Source: Thermodesulfobacteriota bacterium
Lineage (GTDB): Bacteria > Desulfobacterota_D > UBA1144 > Nemesobacterales > JAJCZQ01
Assembly (NCBI GenBank): GCA_965215275.1
Contig: OZ244044.1
Span: forward strand, 864,001-928,000
Direction of reading: 5' to 3'
Length of the DNA stretch: 64,000 bases
Below the pieces are notes generated by a model, which was given only the letters and a program-made list of their open reading frames with translations, was not told where the DNA came from and did no database searches. The stretch's first letter is position 1; every line of letters begins with the position of its first letter. The translations under genes were made by a program, and so were the position numbers. This document shows positions 1-10,211 of this stretch, piece by piece.

Positions 1-429
1 GAAGACTATAATGAAAATTTTGACGTTGATACCGTACTGTACGACGGTATCGCGGACCTTCTGGACGTGCTTTCAAGTAAATCGGTAAAACTTTCGATCC
101 TTACCAACAAGCCTTATAAAATAGCTATTAAGTTCCTGGACTCCATATTATCTCACTGGAACTTTGATATCGTGGTAGGACAGAAGGACGGACTGCCTAA
201 AAAACCCGACCCTGCCGGGGCGTTCTTTGTATCTGAAAGATTAACCGTTGCCCACGAGAAGATAGTGTATCTGGGCGATTCGGGAATAGACATGCAGACC
301 GCTGTCTCTGCCGGTATGCTGCCAGTGGGCGTTCTATGGGGATTCAGGAACAGGGACGAACTGCTGAAGAACGGTGCAAAGTATCTGATAAAAAAACCTC
401 TGGAAATTAACGACCTGGTCACATTCTGA
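1..429 (+). CDS. HAD-family phosphatase (phosphoglycolate phosphatase-like), 5'-truncated by the window edge
   Basis: Frame open from base 1; motifs ILTNK, KKPDP, YLGDSGIDM, GVLWGF. Confidence 0.85.
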   Translation, partial: EDYNENFDVDTVLYDGIADLLDVLSSKSVKLSILTNKPYKIAIKFLDSILSHWNFDIVVGQKDGLPKKPDPAGAFFVSERLTVAHEKIVYLGDSGIDMQTAVSAGMLPVGVLWGFRNRDELLKNGAKYLIKKPLEINDLVTF

Positions 430-431
430 AC

Positions 432-1589
432 ATGAAAAACGGAAAGAACCTATCCGATATAAAGCTGGGCATACTGGGCGGGGGACAACTCGGCAAGATG
501 CTCTGCCTGGCGGCAGGTAACTGGAACCTGAACACCACCGTGCTCGATCCTTCACAGGACTGTCCCGCCTCAACGGTATGCACGGAGTTCATAAAGGGAA
601 ATTTCAGGGAATACGACCCCGTGAACGCCCTTGGCAAAAAGATAGATACCGTCACGATCGAGATCGAGCACGTGAACGTTGAGGCCCTTCGTTCCCTGAA
701 GGAACAAGGGACCGACGTCAGACCATCACCGGAAATTATCTCCGTAATTAAAGATAAAGGACTTCAGAAGACCTTTTACCACAAGAACGACCTTCCCACT
801 GCTGATTTTTCTATATACGAGAGTAAAGCCCAGGTGATGGAAAAGATTCATAAGGGTGAGATCAGGCTGCCATTTGTACAGAAGCTTTGCAGAGATGGTT
901 ACGACGGAAGAGGGGTTCTGGTCGTCAGTTCTGAAAACAAGCTGAAGGACCTTATGGACCATAGCTGTATTATTGAGGACCTGGTTCATATCGACAAGGA
1001 GTTATCCGTGATCGTTGCCCGAAATAAACTTGAAGAAGTGAAATGCTTCGATCCGGTTGAAATGATCTTTGACCAGGAGGCAAACCTGGTCGATTATCTG
1101 GTAAGCCCCGCGGACATAAGCGGCGACTTATCGCAGAAGGCCCAGGACCTGGCAGAAAGAACGGTAAAGGCATTTGATCTTTACGGAATACTGTCGGTTG
1201 AAATGTTCCTGACCCGAGAGGGTGAGATACTTATCAATGAAGTTGCCCCAAGACCTCACAACAGCGGACATCACAGTATTGAATCGTGCATTACTTCACA
1301 GTACGAACAGCACTTACGGTCGCTTCTGGATCTGCCCCTTGGCAGCACTGATATAAAATCTCCCTCTGTTATGCTTAATGTACTGGGGTCCCGGGGACAC
1401 GAAGGACCGGTCATATATGAAGGATTGAACGACTGTCTGAAAGTTGAAGGGGCCAGCTTTCACCTGTACGGGAAAACAGTAACAAAACCATTCAGAAAAA
1501 TGGGGCATGTGACGATACTGGATACAAATACTGAAAGTGCAATTGATAAAGCACGCTACATTAAACGGAATTTAAAGGTGACGACATGA
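432..1589 (+). CDS. purK: N5-carboxyaminoimidazole ribonucleotide synthase
   Basis: GILGGGQLGKM, GYDGRG, NEVAPRPHNSGH, RKMGHVT; next to purE. Confidence 0.96.
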   Translation: MKNGKNLSDIKLGILGGGQLGKMLCLAAGNWNLNTTVLDPSQDCPASTVCTEFIKGNFREYDPVNALGKKIDTVTIEIEHVNVEALRSLKEQGTDVRPSPEIISVIKDKGLQKTFYHKNDLPTADFSIYESKAQVMEKIHKGEIRLPFVQKLCRDGYDGRGVLVVSSENKLKDLMDHSCIIEDLVHIDKELSVIVARNKLEEVKCFDPVEMIFDQEANLVDYLVSPADISGDLSQKAQDLAERTVKAFDLYGILSVEMFLTREGEILINEVAPRPHNSGHHSIESCITSQYEQHLRSLLDLPLGSTDIKSPSVMLNVLGSRGHEGPVIYEGLNDCLKVEGASFHLYGKTVTKPFRKMGHVTILDTNTESAIDKARYIKRNLKVTT

Positions 1590-2080
1590 AAAAAGCATGT
1601 GTTAGCATTGTAATGGGGTCCGACTCGGACCTGGAAGTAATGAAAAAAGCAGGTGAGTTCCTTGACGAAATGGAGGTGCCAAATGAAATTACCATAGTTT
1701 CTGCTCACCGAACCCCTGATCGTCTGTTCAACTTCGCTAAGAACGCCGAAAAAAACGGTATAAAAGTCATAATCGCAGGAGCAGGCGGAGCAGCACATCT
1801 GCCTGGAATGATCGCTTCTATTGCGTCTATTCCGGTGATCGGTGTTCCCATAAAATCCTCAAACTCGATCGATGGATGGGATTCGGTGCTGTCCATCCTG
1901 CAGATGCCGGCAGGTGTGCCGGTGGCAACCGTTGCACTTAACGGAGGAAGGAACGCCGGAATTCTTGCCGCTCAGATACTTGGTGCTTCGGACCAGAAAC
2001 TGAGAGAAAAAATAACGGATTTTAAAAAAAAGCTGTCCGACGATGTTATTGAAAAAGTTAAAAAACTAAAAAAAGATTAA
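1586..2080 (+). CDS. purE: N5-CAIR mutase
   Basis: IVMGSDSD, VSAHRTP, AGAGGAAHLPGM, QMPAGVPVATV. Confidence 0.97.
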   Translation: MKKACVSIVMGSDSDLEVMKKAGEFLDEMEVPNEITIVSAHRTPDRLFNFAKNAEKNGIKVIIAGAGGAAHLPGMIASIASIPVIGVPIKSSNSIDGWDSVLSILQMPAGVPVATVALNGGRNAGILAAQILGASDQKLREKITDFKKKLSDDVIEKVKKLKKD

Positions 2081-2129
2081 AATCATGTTAATATAGCTTA
2101 GTATCTGATCAATTCACCAAGGTTAAATT

Positions 2130-2318
2130 ATGACAGATAAAGAAAAGAAAAACGATGAAAAAACAGAAGAAGAAGTTCTTCTCACCTTCCTTACAAGAGT
2201 TAAAGACGACCAATACGCCCCTGTTGAAAAAAGTTCTTTAAAATATGCAAGACTTTCTGATCTGGACGATCCACATGATCTTACAGAAGAAGAACATTAT
2301 GAATACGGCGTCAGTTAA
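2130..2318 (+). CDS. small acidic hypothetical protein
   Basis: 62-aa ORF with AAGG upstream; no family recognised. Confidence 0.4.
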   Translation: MTDKEKKNDEKTEEEVLLTFLTRVKDDQYAPVEKSSLKYARLSDLDDPHDLTEEEHYEYGVS

Positions 2319-2432
2319 TTCACGCTAAGCTGCACTTTAACAAGACGGTTCTATTGAGAATCCGTGTTTGTGGTCACATAAATAATCTGAACAATCATTA
2401 TCGTATTATTAGATTATTTGCAGGAAATCATT

Positions 2433-2936
2433 ATGGCTAAATACAAAGAACTGTCTAAAGATCTATCTGATATAGCAGAGTATTTTATATACCTGTCCAA
2501 CAAGGATGACAGGTATATGACCAGCTTGAAACTGCAAAAGTTAGTTTACTATGCTCAAGCGTGGAACCTGGTATTTAACAATAAGCGATTATTCAAGGAC
2601 ACCATAGAAGCGTGGATACACGGCCCTGCAGTTTATAGCTTATGGAAAGAATATAAAGAGTTCGGATTTGAAAAAATAAGGGTGGATATATCAGATGATT
2701 TTAACTTCTCTGAAAAGACCAAAGAAATACTTGACGAAGTCTGGGACATTTATGGTGGTTTTGACTCAAGGTATTTAGAAGAACTTGTTCATTATGAAAG
2801 ACCCTGGCAGGATGCAAGAGGAAAATTTGACTGTAACGAAACTTCACATGCAAGAATTACTGCTGTATCAATGAAAAAGTATTATCGTAACAGATACAAT
2901 ACAGCAAAGTCAGAAAGGCAGGACCTGAATCGTTAG
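2433..2936 (+). CDS. Panacea (DUF4065/GepA/SocA-like) antitoxin
   Basis: LKLQKLVYYAQ, IEAWIHGP, HYERPW; start placed at MAKYK by analogy with the paralogues at 7214 and 13140. Confidence 0.88.
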   Translation: MAKYKELSKDLSDIAEYFIYLSNKDDRYMTSLKLQKLVYYAQAWNLVFNNKRLFKDTIEAWIHGPAVYSLWKEYKEFGFEKIRVDISDDFNFSEKTKEILDEVWDIYGGFDSRYLEELVHYERPWQDARGKFDCNETSHARITAVSMKKYYRNRYNTAKSERQDLNR

Positions 2937-3143
2937 AGATCTGTAATAAAAACACAGGATCAGTCTATAAGATCGATATCCTTAAACTTTTTAGATGATA
3001 AGCTGTATTAATTGTTGGAGAATTATATATTTAACTGAACAGAAATAAAATATGGACCTTGTATGTTTATAGTTATTAACTGAGTATGAGACATTGTTTA
3101 TACACTTGACATTCGTTCATAATATAATGTAAAGTAAAAAACC

Positions 3144-5154
3144 ATGAATATGAACATCTTATTTAGAATAATCCCCCCCCCCATCTAAGTTAATAATATC
3201 CTTTTTCTTTCTTCTGTGCCTTGTATCCATTGAGGCATATGGCCAGCTCAATAACTGTGACACCAGTACGACCGCTTTCAATGATCCCTTATACGGCTGT
3301 CAGTGGCATCTGAAAAATACAGGACAGCTCGGGACTGTAACTGCCTCTGGAGAAGATATAAACATAGAAGGGGTATGGGATGATAATGTATTTGGTGCCG
3401 GAATTAACGTGGCGGTGGTAGATGATGGTATGCAAACGGGTCATGAGGACCTTGCTGATAATGTAAATACCAGCCTGAACCACGATTATTCAGGGAACAA
3501 TGACGTATACGACCCTTCAAAAACTCGTGGAACACGTGTATCGGGAGTTATAGCAGGAGCGGGAGATAACAGCCTTGGAGTAAGGGGCACAGCACCGCAG
3601 GCAGGCATCTATAGTTATAATTTAGCTGGTAACTTGAATAACGCTAACGCAAAGGATGCCATGATCCGTAATAGAGATACAACGGCTGTATCCATCAACA
3701 ACTGGGGACCGAATGACCTGCCTCTTCTCAGGGAGACTTCATCAGAGTGGGAGGAAGGAGTGGGAACGGGTATAAGTGAAGGGTTTGGTGGTAAAGGGGT
3801 ATTTTACGTGTGGGCTGCTGGAGATGGCAGCCGCGACCAGGCTAATTTTGATGAGTATTCCAACTACTACGCTGTAACCACCGTATGTTCGGTAGATGGA
3901 GAAGGAAGTAATAGTTCTTTTTCAGAAGAGGGAGTAAATCTTTGGGTATGTGCTCCAGGTGAACGTATAACAACTACTGATAATAACGATAGATATGTTT
4001 TTGATGCAAGAGGGACAGCATATTCAGCAGCGCAGGTTTCAGGTGTGGCGGCACTGATGAGAGAAGTAAACGGTAACCTTAGCTGGAGAGACCTTAAGCT
4101 GATACTTGCAGCTTCAGCTCGTAAGAACGACGCTTCTGACACGGGCTGGGAGACAGGAGCACATAAATATGGTTCTGATTCAGAAAGTTATAATTATAAT
4201 CCCAAATATGGTTTTGGTGTGGTAGATGCTGAAGCAGCAGCAGGACTTGCTGAAAGCTGGACCAATGTTCCAATGATGAGAACTCAGACCGCTTCCTCTG
4301 GGACTATTGATATGGCAATCCCCGACCACAACAATGGAGTAGACGGAGAAGCTACTGCCATACTGACAGTACCAGATACTTCTCTTTCTTTTACAGAGTT
4401 TATAGAGATAGAGCTTAATTTCTCTCACACATACTTTCCGGACCTGAACATACAGATAACCTCTCCTGACGGTACTGTGTCGCAACTTAGTAATAGATAT
4501 ATAGCAGACGCTTTATCATATGTAGTTAGTAATACACTCACCAGGAGCGACTTTGCGTACACAAACAAAACTCATCGTTTTGGTTCAGCCAGACACCTTG
4601 GAGAAGGTCCTGCCGGAGAATGGACTTTGAGAATATCTGACACTGCTAATGGAGATTCAGGGACTTTACACTCATGGAGCATTAAAGCCTATGGACATAG
4701 TACGGCACCAAGCTTTGACGGTGAGACGATAGATGATCAGGAGTATTTTACGGGTACAGCAGTAACAGAAACGCTGCCTGCTGCAACAGGAGGGGATGGA
4801 ACATTAACATACAGTTTAACACCTGCATTACCAACTGGATTGAATTTTAACGCATCTACCCGAGAGATAAGCGGAACACCCACCAGTGTATCATCGTCTG
4901 ATACTTACATGTATACGGTAACAGATGATGATGGGGATATGGCTGAGTTGAGTTTCACGATCAGGGTAGTGAATCGTCCTGCTCCGTTACCACCAAGACA
5001 AACACCAGGTACTGATGCTGGCGGTGGAGGAGGATGTACGATCTCCGATCAGAACGAAGCTGTTCCTGATATGCTCACAGCATTGGCATCTCTGATGCTG
5101 ATACCCTTATCAGTATTGATCAGAAGGAAGATAAGGTCTCAGATAAGTAATTAA
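3144..5154 (+). CDS. Secreted kexin/furin-like S8 subtilase homologue with P-domain, Ig-like domain and GlyGly-Cys/TM C-terminal anchor; frameshifted at a poly-C tract, catalytic residues degenerate
   Basis: The frame of ORF 3409 is open back to 3172 and encodes a signal peptide and DPLYGCQWHLKNTGQ...VAVVDDG; ATG 3144 joins it only with C9 or C12; GEWTLRISD P-domain; GGGGGC+TM+RRK tail. Confidence 0.8.
3173..3182 (+). repeat. poly-C (C10) tract in the 5' coding region of the subtilase
   Basis: ATCCCCCCCCCCATCTAA read directly. Confidence 0.9.
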
Positions 5155-5409
5155 TAACTTACTCCTTTCCAGGACACTTAACTATCTGAGATATTTCCGT
5201 CAGATATAATTTCGTTAAAAACATCGTCTTTGTTCATTTGGAATAAGTTACATATACTATTCCCAGTTGTTGCTTGATATTCATGTAAGAATATCAGTAA
5301 CAATCTTTTAAGATTCTCTCTAACCTCAAGTTCACTCCACATAGGGGACCTGTCAGGAACGGGTTTGCGTCTCGATCAGACGTTTAAGTCTTATAACAAA
5401 CGAGGGGTT

Positions 5410-5664
5410 TCAATCAGCAGTTTCGTTCATTCTTTTGGTATAGTACTTTTTCATAGTATCTGTAGAAATTTCAATACTGCATGTTTCATCTATATCAAGC
5501 CCCATACGTGCCTCCTGCCAAGGTTCCTCATAGTGTGTGAAGTTCTAGGTATCGTGCATCGTAACCGCCATAAGCCGCCCATACATCATCTAAATGAAGT
5601 TTAAATATCCTTTGGCAGATCTTCTGCTGACGGTTCATTAAATGACGTTTCTATTGTTTTAAAA
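5410..5664 (-). pseudogene. 3' half of the Panacea gene split by the TnpB element
   Basis: Minus strand reads FKTIETSFNEP...LDDVWAAYGGYDARYLE / THYEEPWQEAR...TMKKYY with two small frameshifts; continues the 5' half at 6986-7214. Confidence 0.85.
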
Positions 5665-5732
5665 GGGAATTATAGTGAATAGTTGACAGAAAGAAAAATT
5701 GATAAACAGGTCAGAAATGGTAGTATTATAGT

Positions 5733-6956
5733 ATGGTTAGAACGATTACAAGAACTGTAAAGGCAGATAGTGTTTTTCATAAAAGGCTGGATGAATTCTT
5801 ACAACAGCTTACCGACCTGTATAACGGAGCTTTATATCACAGATTAAGATCTTATGACTGGTATGAAAAAACTATCTCTAAATACGAACAGTTTAACGAA
5901 CTAACTGAGGTCCGAGAGCAAGACAAGGAATTTGAAAAGTTTAATGTTACAGCTCAAAGGAGCGTTCTGGAAAGACTGGATAATGCATACAGTCCTTATT
6001 TGAACTATTTAAAGAATAAAAAAGCAGGTAAGAAGGTCAGGAAGGTGGGCAGACCAAAATACAAAGGTCCAAACAGACCTGTCAGAAGTTTTGAAACAAA
6101 CAATTATAAAAATATTGAAAAGATCGGCAGAAGAACGTATTTAACGATAAAGGGAGTTGGCAGATTATCTTTCAAAGGTAGTATGCCTGACGGAGTTGTT
6201 TTAAAACAACCTAAAACAACAATAAGGATAGTTAAAACAGCTATAAGAATAAAGATCCAGTTTCTATGTAAGATTACCAGCGAAAAGAAAAGACCTATGG
6301 ACAGGTCCATAGGGATCGATCTTGGAATTATAAACAGAATGGCTTTTTCAGATGGAACTAAAATACCAGGAGTTCGGTTGAATAGAAAGGAACTGAAAAG
6401 AAAGCAGAGAATTGTTTCAAGAGCGGTAAAAGGTTCTGACAGCAGAAAGAAGAAAGTTTTATCGTTAGCAAAGGAATGGGAACGAACTACTGATCGTGAA
6501 AATAATGCTATACACAGATTAACAACAGAGATTGTAAAGAAATGTAATCATATAAAATTGGAAGATTTAAAGATTCAAAATATGGTAAAGAACAGGTACT
6601 TAGCAAAATCCATAACGGAACAGCAATGGGGGAAGATTAAAACACAACTTGACTACAAAGCCGAGATAGCTGGAGGCAGGCTGGTTTTAGTTAAACATCA
6701 TTATACAACAAGAGCTTGTTCTGAATGCGGAAAGGTAAATCCAAAACTGCCTCTGTCTGAAAGAGTATTCAGCTGTATGTATTGCGGTTATTCAGAAGAC
6801 AGGGATATAAATGCAGGTAAAAATATCAATACTCTTAATGAAGGAGACTTCATATCGGGTGGGAATAAGGTAGAAATACTCCCGATGAGTGCTAAGAGTA
6901 TCAGATCAAAAGAGATCGGGGATAGAGGAACTCTGCACTCAGAACAGTACGAGTAG
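5733..6956 (+). CDS. tnpB: RNA-guided endonuclease TnpB
   Basis: RuvC-I GIDLG, RuvC-II LEDL, Zn ribbon CSECG...CMYCG, RuvC-III DRDINA; N-terminal LYN..L helix. Confidence 0.93.
   Translation: MVRTITRTVKADSVFHKRLDEFLQQLTDLYNGALYHRLRSYDWYEKTISKYEQFNELTEVREQDKEFEKFNVTAQRSVLERLDNAYSPYLNYLKNKKAGKKVRKVGRPKYKGPNRPVRSFETNNYKNIEKIGRRTYLTIKGVGRLSFKGSMPDGVVLKQPKTTIRIVKTAIRIKIQFLCKITSEKKRPMDRSIGIDLGIINRMAFSDGTKIPGVRLNRKELKRKQRIVSRAVKGSDSRKKKVLSLAKEWERTTDRENNAIHRLTTEIVKKCNHIKLEDLKIQNMVKNRYLAKSITEQQWGKIKTQLDYKAEIAGGRLVLVKHHYTTRACSECGKVNPKLPLSERVFSCMYCGYSEDRDINAGKNINTLNEGDFISGGNKVEILPMSAKSIRSKEIGDRGTLHSEQYE
6850..6951 (+). ncRNA. candidate omegaRNA scaffold overlapping the tnpB 3' end
   Basis: Potential pairings ATCGGG/CCCGAT, TGAGTGC/GCACTCA, AGAG/CTCT; terminal 19-mer repeated at 26699; boundaries are estimates. 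Confidence 0.5.
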
Positions 6957-6985
6957 TTGTTTGTCAGCTATTCACTATAATTCCC

Positions 6986-7214
6986 TTTTAAATCCAGAAC
7001 GTTTGTATTTTTTGTACAAACTTCTTACAGCAGGACCATGTATCCATGCTTCGATCGGGGCGTCATACAGTTTTCTGTTAAAAAATACTAAATGCCATGC
7101 TTGGGCATAATATACCAACTTCTGCAGTTTTAAGTTGGTAATGTGTCTGTCAGACTTATTGGACAGGTATATAAAATACTCTGCAATATCGGATAACTCC
7201 TGATATTTAGCCAT
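6986..7214 (-). pseudogene. 5' half of the split Panacea antitoxin gene
   Basis: MAKYQELSDIAEYFIYLSN...LKLQKLVYYAQ...EAWIHGP, cut off at the TIR. Confidence 0.88.
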
Positions 7215-7274
7215 AATATGTTCTTACAAAATAATCTTATAATACAATAAAGTACGTAACTTCCTTGCTTTAAG

Positions 7275-7658
7275 CTACTGTATTTCAGACTTGTTTTTTT
7301 CTGTTTTGTCTTCCTCGGACATTATCCGCTTAATGGCCTCATTGTACAGCTCTATATATTCCTCAATGCGGTTATGTATGGTTTTCTCCATTGTCTCAAG
7401 TTTGTCCGCATATTTATCGGTAAGTTTTATCTGAAGTTCAGCAAGCTGTCTGAGCTCCTCTTTCGAAGTGTTCTGCTCCAGTACTTCAGTGATAATCTCA
7501 ATAATTTTAGGATACAGATACGGAGCATTGTCCTGCATCTGAGCTTCAAGAGAGGATTCCCAGGTAAAGTACTTGTGCATAGCGAAGTTAAAAGGGTCTA
7601 TCTTCATACTTTTTCTTAGCTCTATTATCTTCTTTATAATATCAGCGGTATCTTTCAT
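7275..7658 (-). CDS. hypothetical helical protein
   Basis: 127-aa ORF with GGTG upstream; lies upstream of the split Panacea gene. Confidence 0.5.
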   Translation of the reverse strand: MKDTADIIKKIIELRKSMKIDPFNFAMHKYFTWESSLEAQMQDNAPYLYPKIIEIITEVLEQNTSKEELRQLAELQIKLTDKYADKLETMEKTIHNRIEEYIELYNEAIKRIMSEEDKTEKNKSEIQ

Positions 7659-7753
7659 TTCATCACCAGCGTTATAAGACTATAAACAATTTAACACTCT
7701 TCTGATACCATACAACCATAAACTAAAAATAATCCGGTTATTCCAGCGACCGG

Positions 7754-10138
7754 TTAATATACGGTCACTTCTGGCTCCTCCGAGGTCAATTTCAACTTTT
7801 TACCCTTGTGAAACAAAGAGACTTCTTCACCTTTGGTCAATCTGTACTTTACTTTCTTTCTTGTGATCTCCACGCTTATCGTGCAACTTCTGAACGTTAC
7901 GGAAAACTTCAATTTCTTTATCTGTGGAGGGATACTGGGGGCAAACCCGAGCGTTCCTCCGTTACTTGTCATTCCGGCAAAACCAAAAACAAACACCATC
8001 CATGTCCCCGCCATAGAAGCGATGTGGCATCCATCTTCAACGTTACCGGACACATCGGCAAGGTCCATCAACGCGGATTGTCCCGCGTACAGGAACGATC
8101 TGTCATGATACCCTATCTTTGAAGCCATTATGCTCTGAATTGGCACTGACAGAGAGGAATCACCCGTTGTGATCGGATCATAGTAGTCAAAGTTTTTCTT
8201 CATATCGTTTTTGGAAAACCTGTGGTTCAGAAGGAACATCGTCAGTACAACGTCAGCCTGTTTTATCACCCTATGTCTGTAGATCACTAACGGGTGAAAG
8301 TTCAGCAGCAGGGGATACTTGTCCACAGGAGTGTTCTCAAAGTCCCATTCCTCCTTGCTGAGAAACTCGTCGTCCTGAGGATGTATCTTCATTTTCTCAT
8401 CATAGGGGATGTACATGCTGTCCACTGCCTTCTTCCAGATATCCAGTTCGGAAACGTCGAATTTCGTCTTATACACAAGGCTTTCAAATATCTCAGGTTC
8501 CGTTCTCTGCATCTTTTCGATGGTTTCTATCGCAAACCTCATATTCTCCTGTGCCATTAAGTTCGTATACAGATTGTTGTTAACCACCGTGTTATATTCA
8601 TCGGGTCCCGTTACGCCATTAATACAGAACTTTCCATTCCTCTTTTTTGAATAAAATCCCAGGTCCGCCCAGAGCCTTGACGTCTCCACCAGCATTTCCG
8701 CACCGTACTCAAAAAGGAAACCATTGTCCCCGGTGGCATTAACGTACTTCTTCAGTGCGTAAATTATATCGGCGTTTATGTGGTACTGAGCGGTGCCCGC
8801 TGCATAGTAAGCAGAGGCTTCTTCGCCGTTTATCGTTCGCCACGGGAACATCGCTCCTTTCTGATTCAGTCTTCTGGCGTATTCCCTTGCCTTATCCAGC
8901 ATGCCGTGGCGAAAGGTCAGAAGGTTCTTTGCTATCTTGGAGTTCGTGTAAACAAGGAAAGGCATAAGGAATATCTCTATATCCCAGAAGTAATGCCCTT
9001 CATACGCCTGTCCGGTAAGTCCCTTGGCAGGAACCCCCGCAGTCTTGACCATTGCGGTCGCCTGACAAATGTTAAACAGATTAAACCTTAACGCCTGCTG
9101 AAGTTGCTCCGTGGACAGGTCGGAATCCGCCCTCGACTTGTAAAGCATGACCTCGACGTCGCTTCTTTTCCAGAAATCATCAAGGTACTTCTGCTGTCCC
9201 TTGAGCAGGTCGTCAAAACCGAACTTCTTCGTTCTGCTGAGTGCCCTTTTTGCCCTGACGGCGAGTTCGTCCGGAGTGTGTGGCGCCGTTATCGTGGTGT
9301 GATAGGTCATGTATTTGGTCAGATCGATAGGTTCTCCCTTCCGGGCGTCGACCATATAGGTAACCTCTCCCCTGTTCTCTTCACATCCGCTTGAGTGAGA
9401 ATACGCACATCTGGTCTCAAGTTCATGATCTATACCCGCTGCAAGTCCCAGGCCGCTGTTCTTTGCAAAATGGCATAATACCAGTCTTGTATCATCCGCA
9501 TAATGCAGTGAGGGCTGAAGGACCCTGTATCCAAACCTTCTTGACAGCCTCGGGTCTGATTTCTTTTTATTTCCGTTGTCCGGACAGATGCTGTTGTTGA
9601 CGATATCAGAGGTTATGACCACCGGTGCATCCGCGTTCAGTACGGTCACGCTGTAGGAGATCGCAGCAAGATGACGATGTTGAAAAGATATGAGCCGTTT
9701 TGATCTGATAAGTACCTTTTTCCCTGAAGCCAGCTGCCATATTACCTCTCTGTCGAGCGTACCGCGCCTCATGTCCAGTACCCGTTCAAACTTCAGAAGT
9801 TTGGCCGTGGGAAGATAAAAAGGCTCGTCATCAACGTAGAGCCTTATTATCTTTGAATCCGTTACGTTTATGATCGTCTGACCGGTCTGGGCAAATCCGT
9901 AGGCTTTCTCACCATAGATTATCGGCCAGGATTCGTAAAATCCATTTACAAAGGTCCCGTTTTCAAAGCAGGGTTTTCCTTCTTCAAAAACGCCTCGCAT
10001 TCCAAGATAGCCGTTGGACATAGAAAATATGGTCTCAGTGCGGTTGAGCAGTTCAGGATAAAACTTCTTCTCTATGATCTTCCAGGGGTCCGGGGGATAG
10101 ATGTGTCTGGGCAGCTCGGTTATTCTTCCATGTATCAT
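7754..10138 (-). CDS. Glycoside hydrolase family 65 disaccharide phosphorylase (trehalose/maltose/kojibiose type)
   Basis: NGYLGMRG, AKGLTGQAYEGHYFWD, GPDEY, KQADV, GDSSLS. Confidence 0.93.
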   Translation of the reverse strand: MIHGRITELPRHIYPPDPWKIIEKKFYPELLNRTETIFSMSNGYLGMRGVFEEGKPCFENGTFVNGFYESWPIIYGEKAYGFAQTGQTIINVTDSKIIRLYVDDEPFYLPTAKLLKFERVLDMRRGTLDREVIWQLASGKKVLIRSKRLISFQHRHLAAISYSVTVLNADAPVVITSDIVNNSICPDNGNKKKSDPRLSRRFGYRVLQPSLHYADDTRLVLCHFAKNSGLGLAAGIDHELETRCAYSHSSGCEENRGEVTYMVDARKGEPIDLTKYMTYHTTITAPHTPDELAVRAKRALSRTKKFGFDDLLKGQQKYLDDFWKRSDVEVMLYKSRADSDLSTEQLQQALRFNLFNICQATAMVKTAGVPAKGLTGQAYEGHYFWDIEIFLMPFLVYTNSKIAKNLLTFRHGMLDKAREYARRLNQKGAMFPWRTINGEEASAYYAAGTAQYHINADIIYALKKYVNATGDNGFLFEYGAEMLVETSRLWADLGFYSKKRNGKFCINGVTGPDEYNTVVNNNLYTNLMAQENMRFAIETIEKMQRTEPEIFESLVYKTKFDVSELDIWKKAVDSMYIPYDEKMKIHPQDDEFLSKEEWDFENTPVDKYPLLLNFHPLVIYRHRVIKQADVVLTMFLLNHRFSKNDMKKNFDYYDPITTGDSSLSVPIQSIMASKIGYHDRSFLYAGQSALMDLADVSGNVEDGCHIASMAGTWMVFVFGFAGMTSNGGTLGFAPSIPPQIKKLKFSVTFRSCTISVEITRKKVKYRLTKGEEVSLFHKGKKLKLTSEEPEVTVY

Positions 10139-10211
10139 CTCGGTATTCCTTCCAGGTCCGTTAACGTCAGCCTATATTTATAATTCAGTTTTTTCTGATT
10201 TCAAATGATTC

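Larger units (their letters stand above)
5665..6985 (+). mobile_element. 1321-bp non-autonomous TIR element (IS1595-like ends) carrying only tnpB
   Basis: TIRs GGGAATTATAGTGAATAG(T/C)TGACA at 5665-5688 and 6962-6985 (23/24 identical); flanks TTTTAAAA / TTTTAAAT (7/8); interrupts a gene. Confidence 0.85.

Noticed and set aside
5365..5604. Plus-strand 79-aa ORF
   Set aside because: Shadow of the minus-strand Panacea 3' half
5733..6956. Cas12f / type V CRISPR effector
   Set aside because: No CRISPR array or cas1/cas2 nearby; size and context fit TnpB
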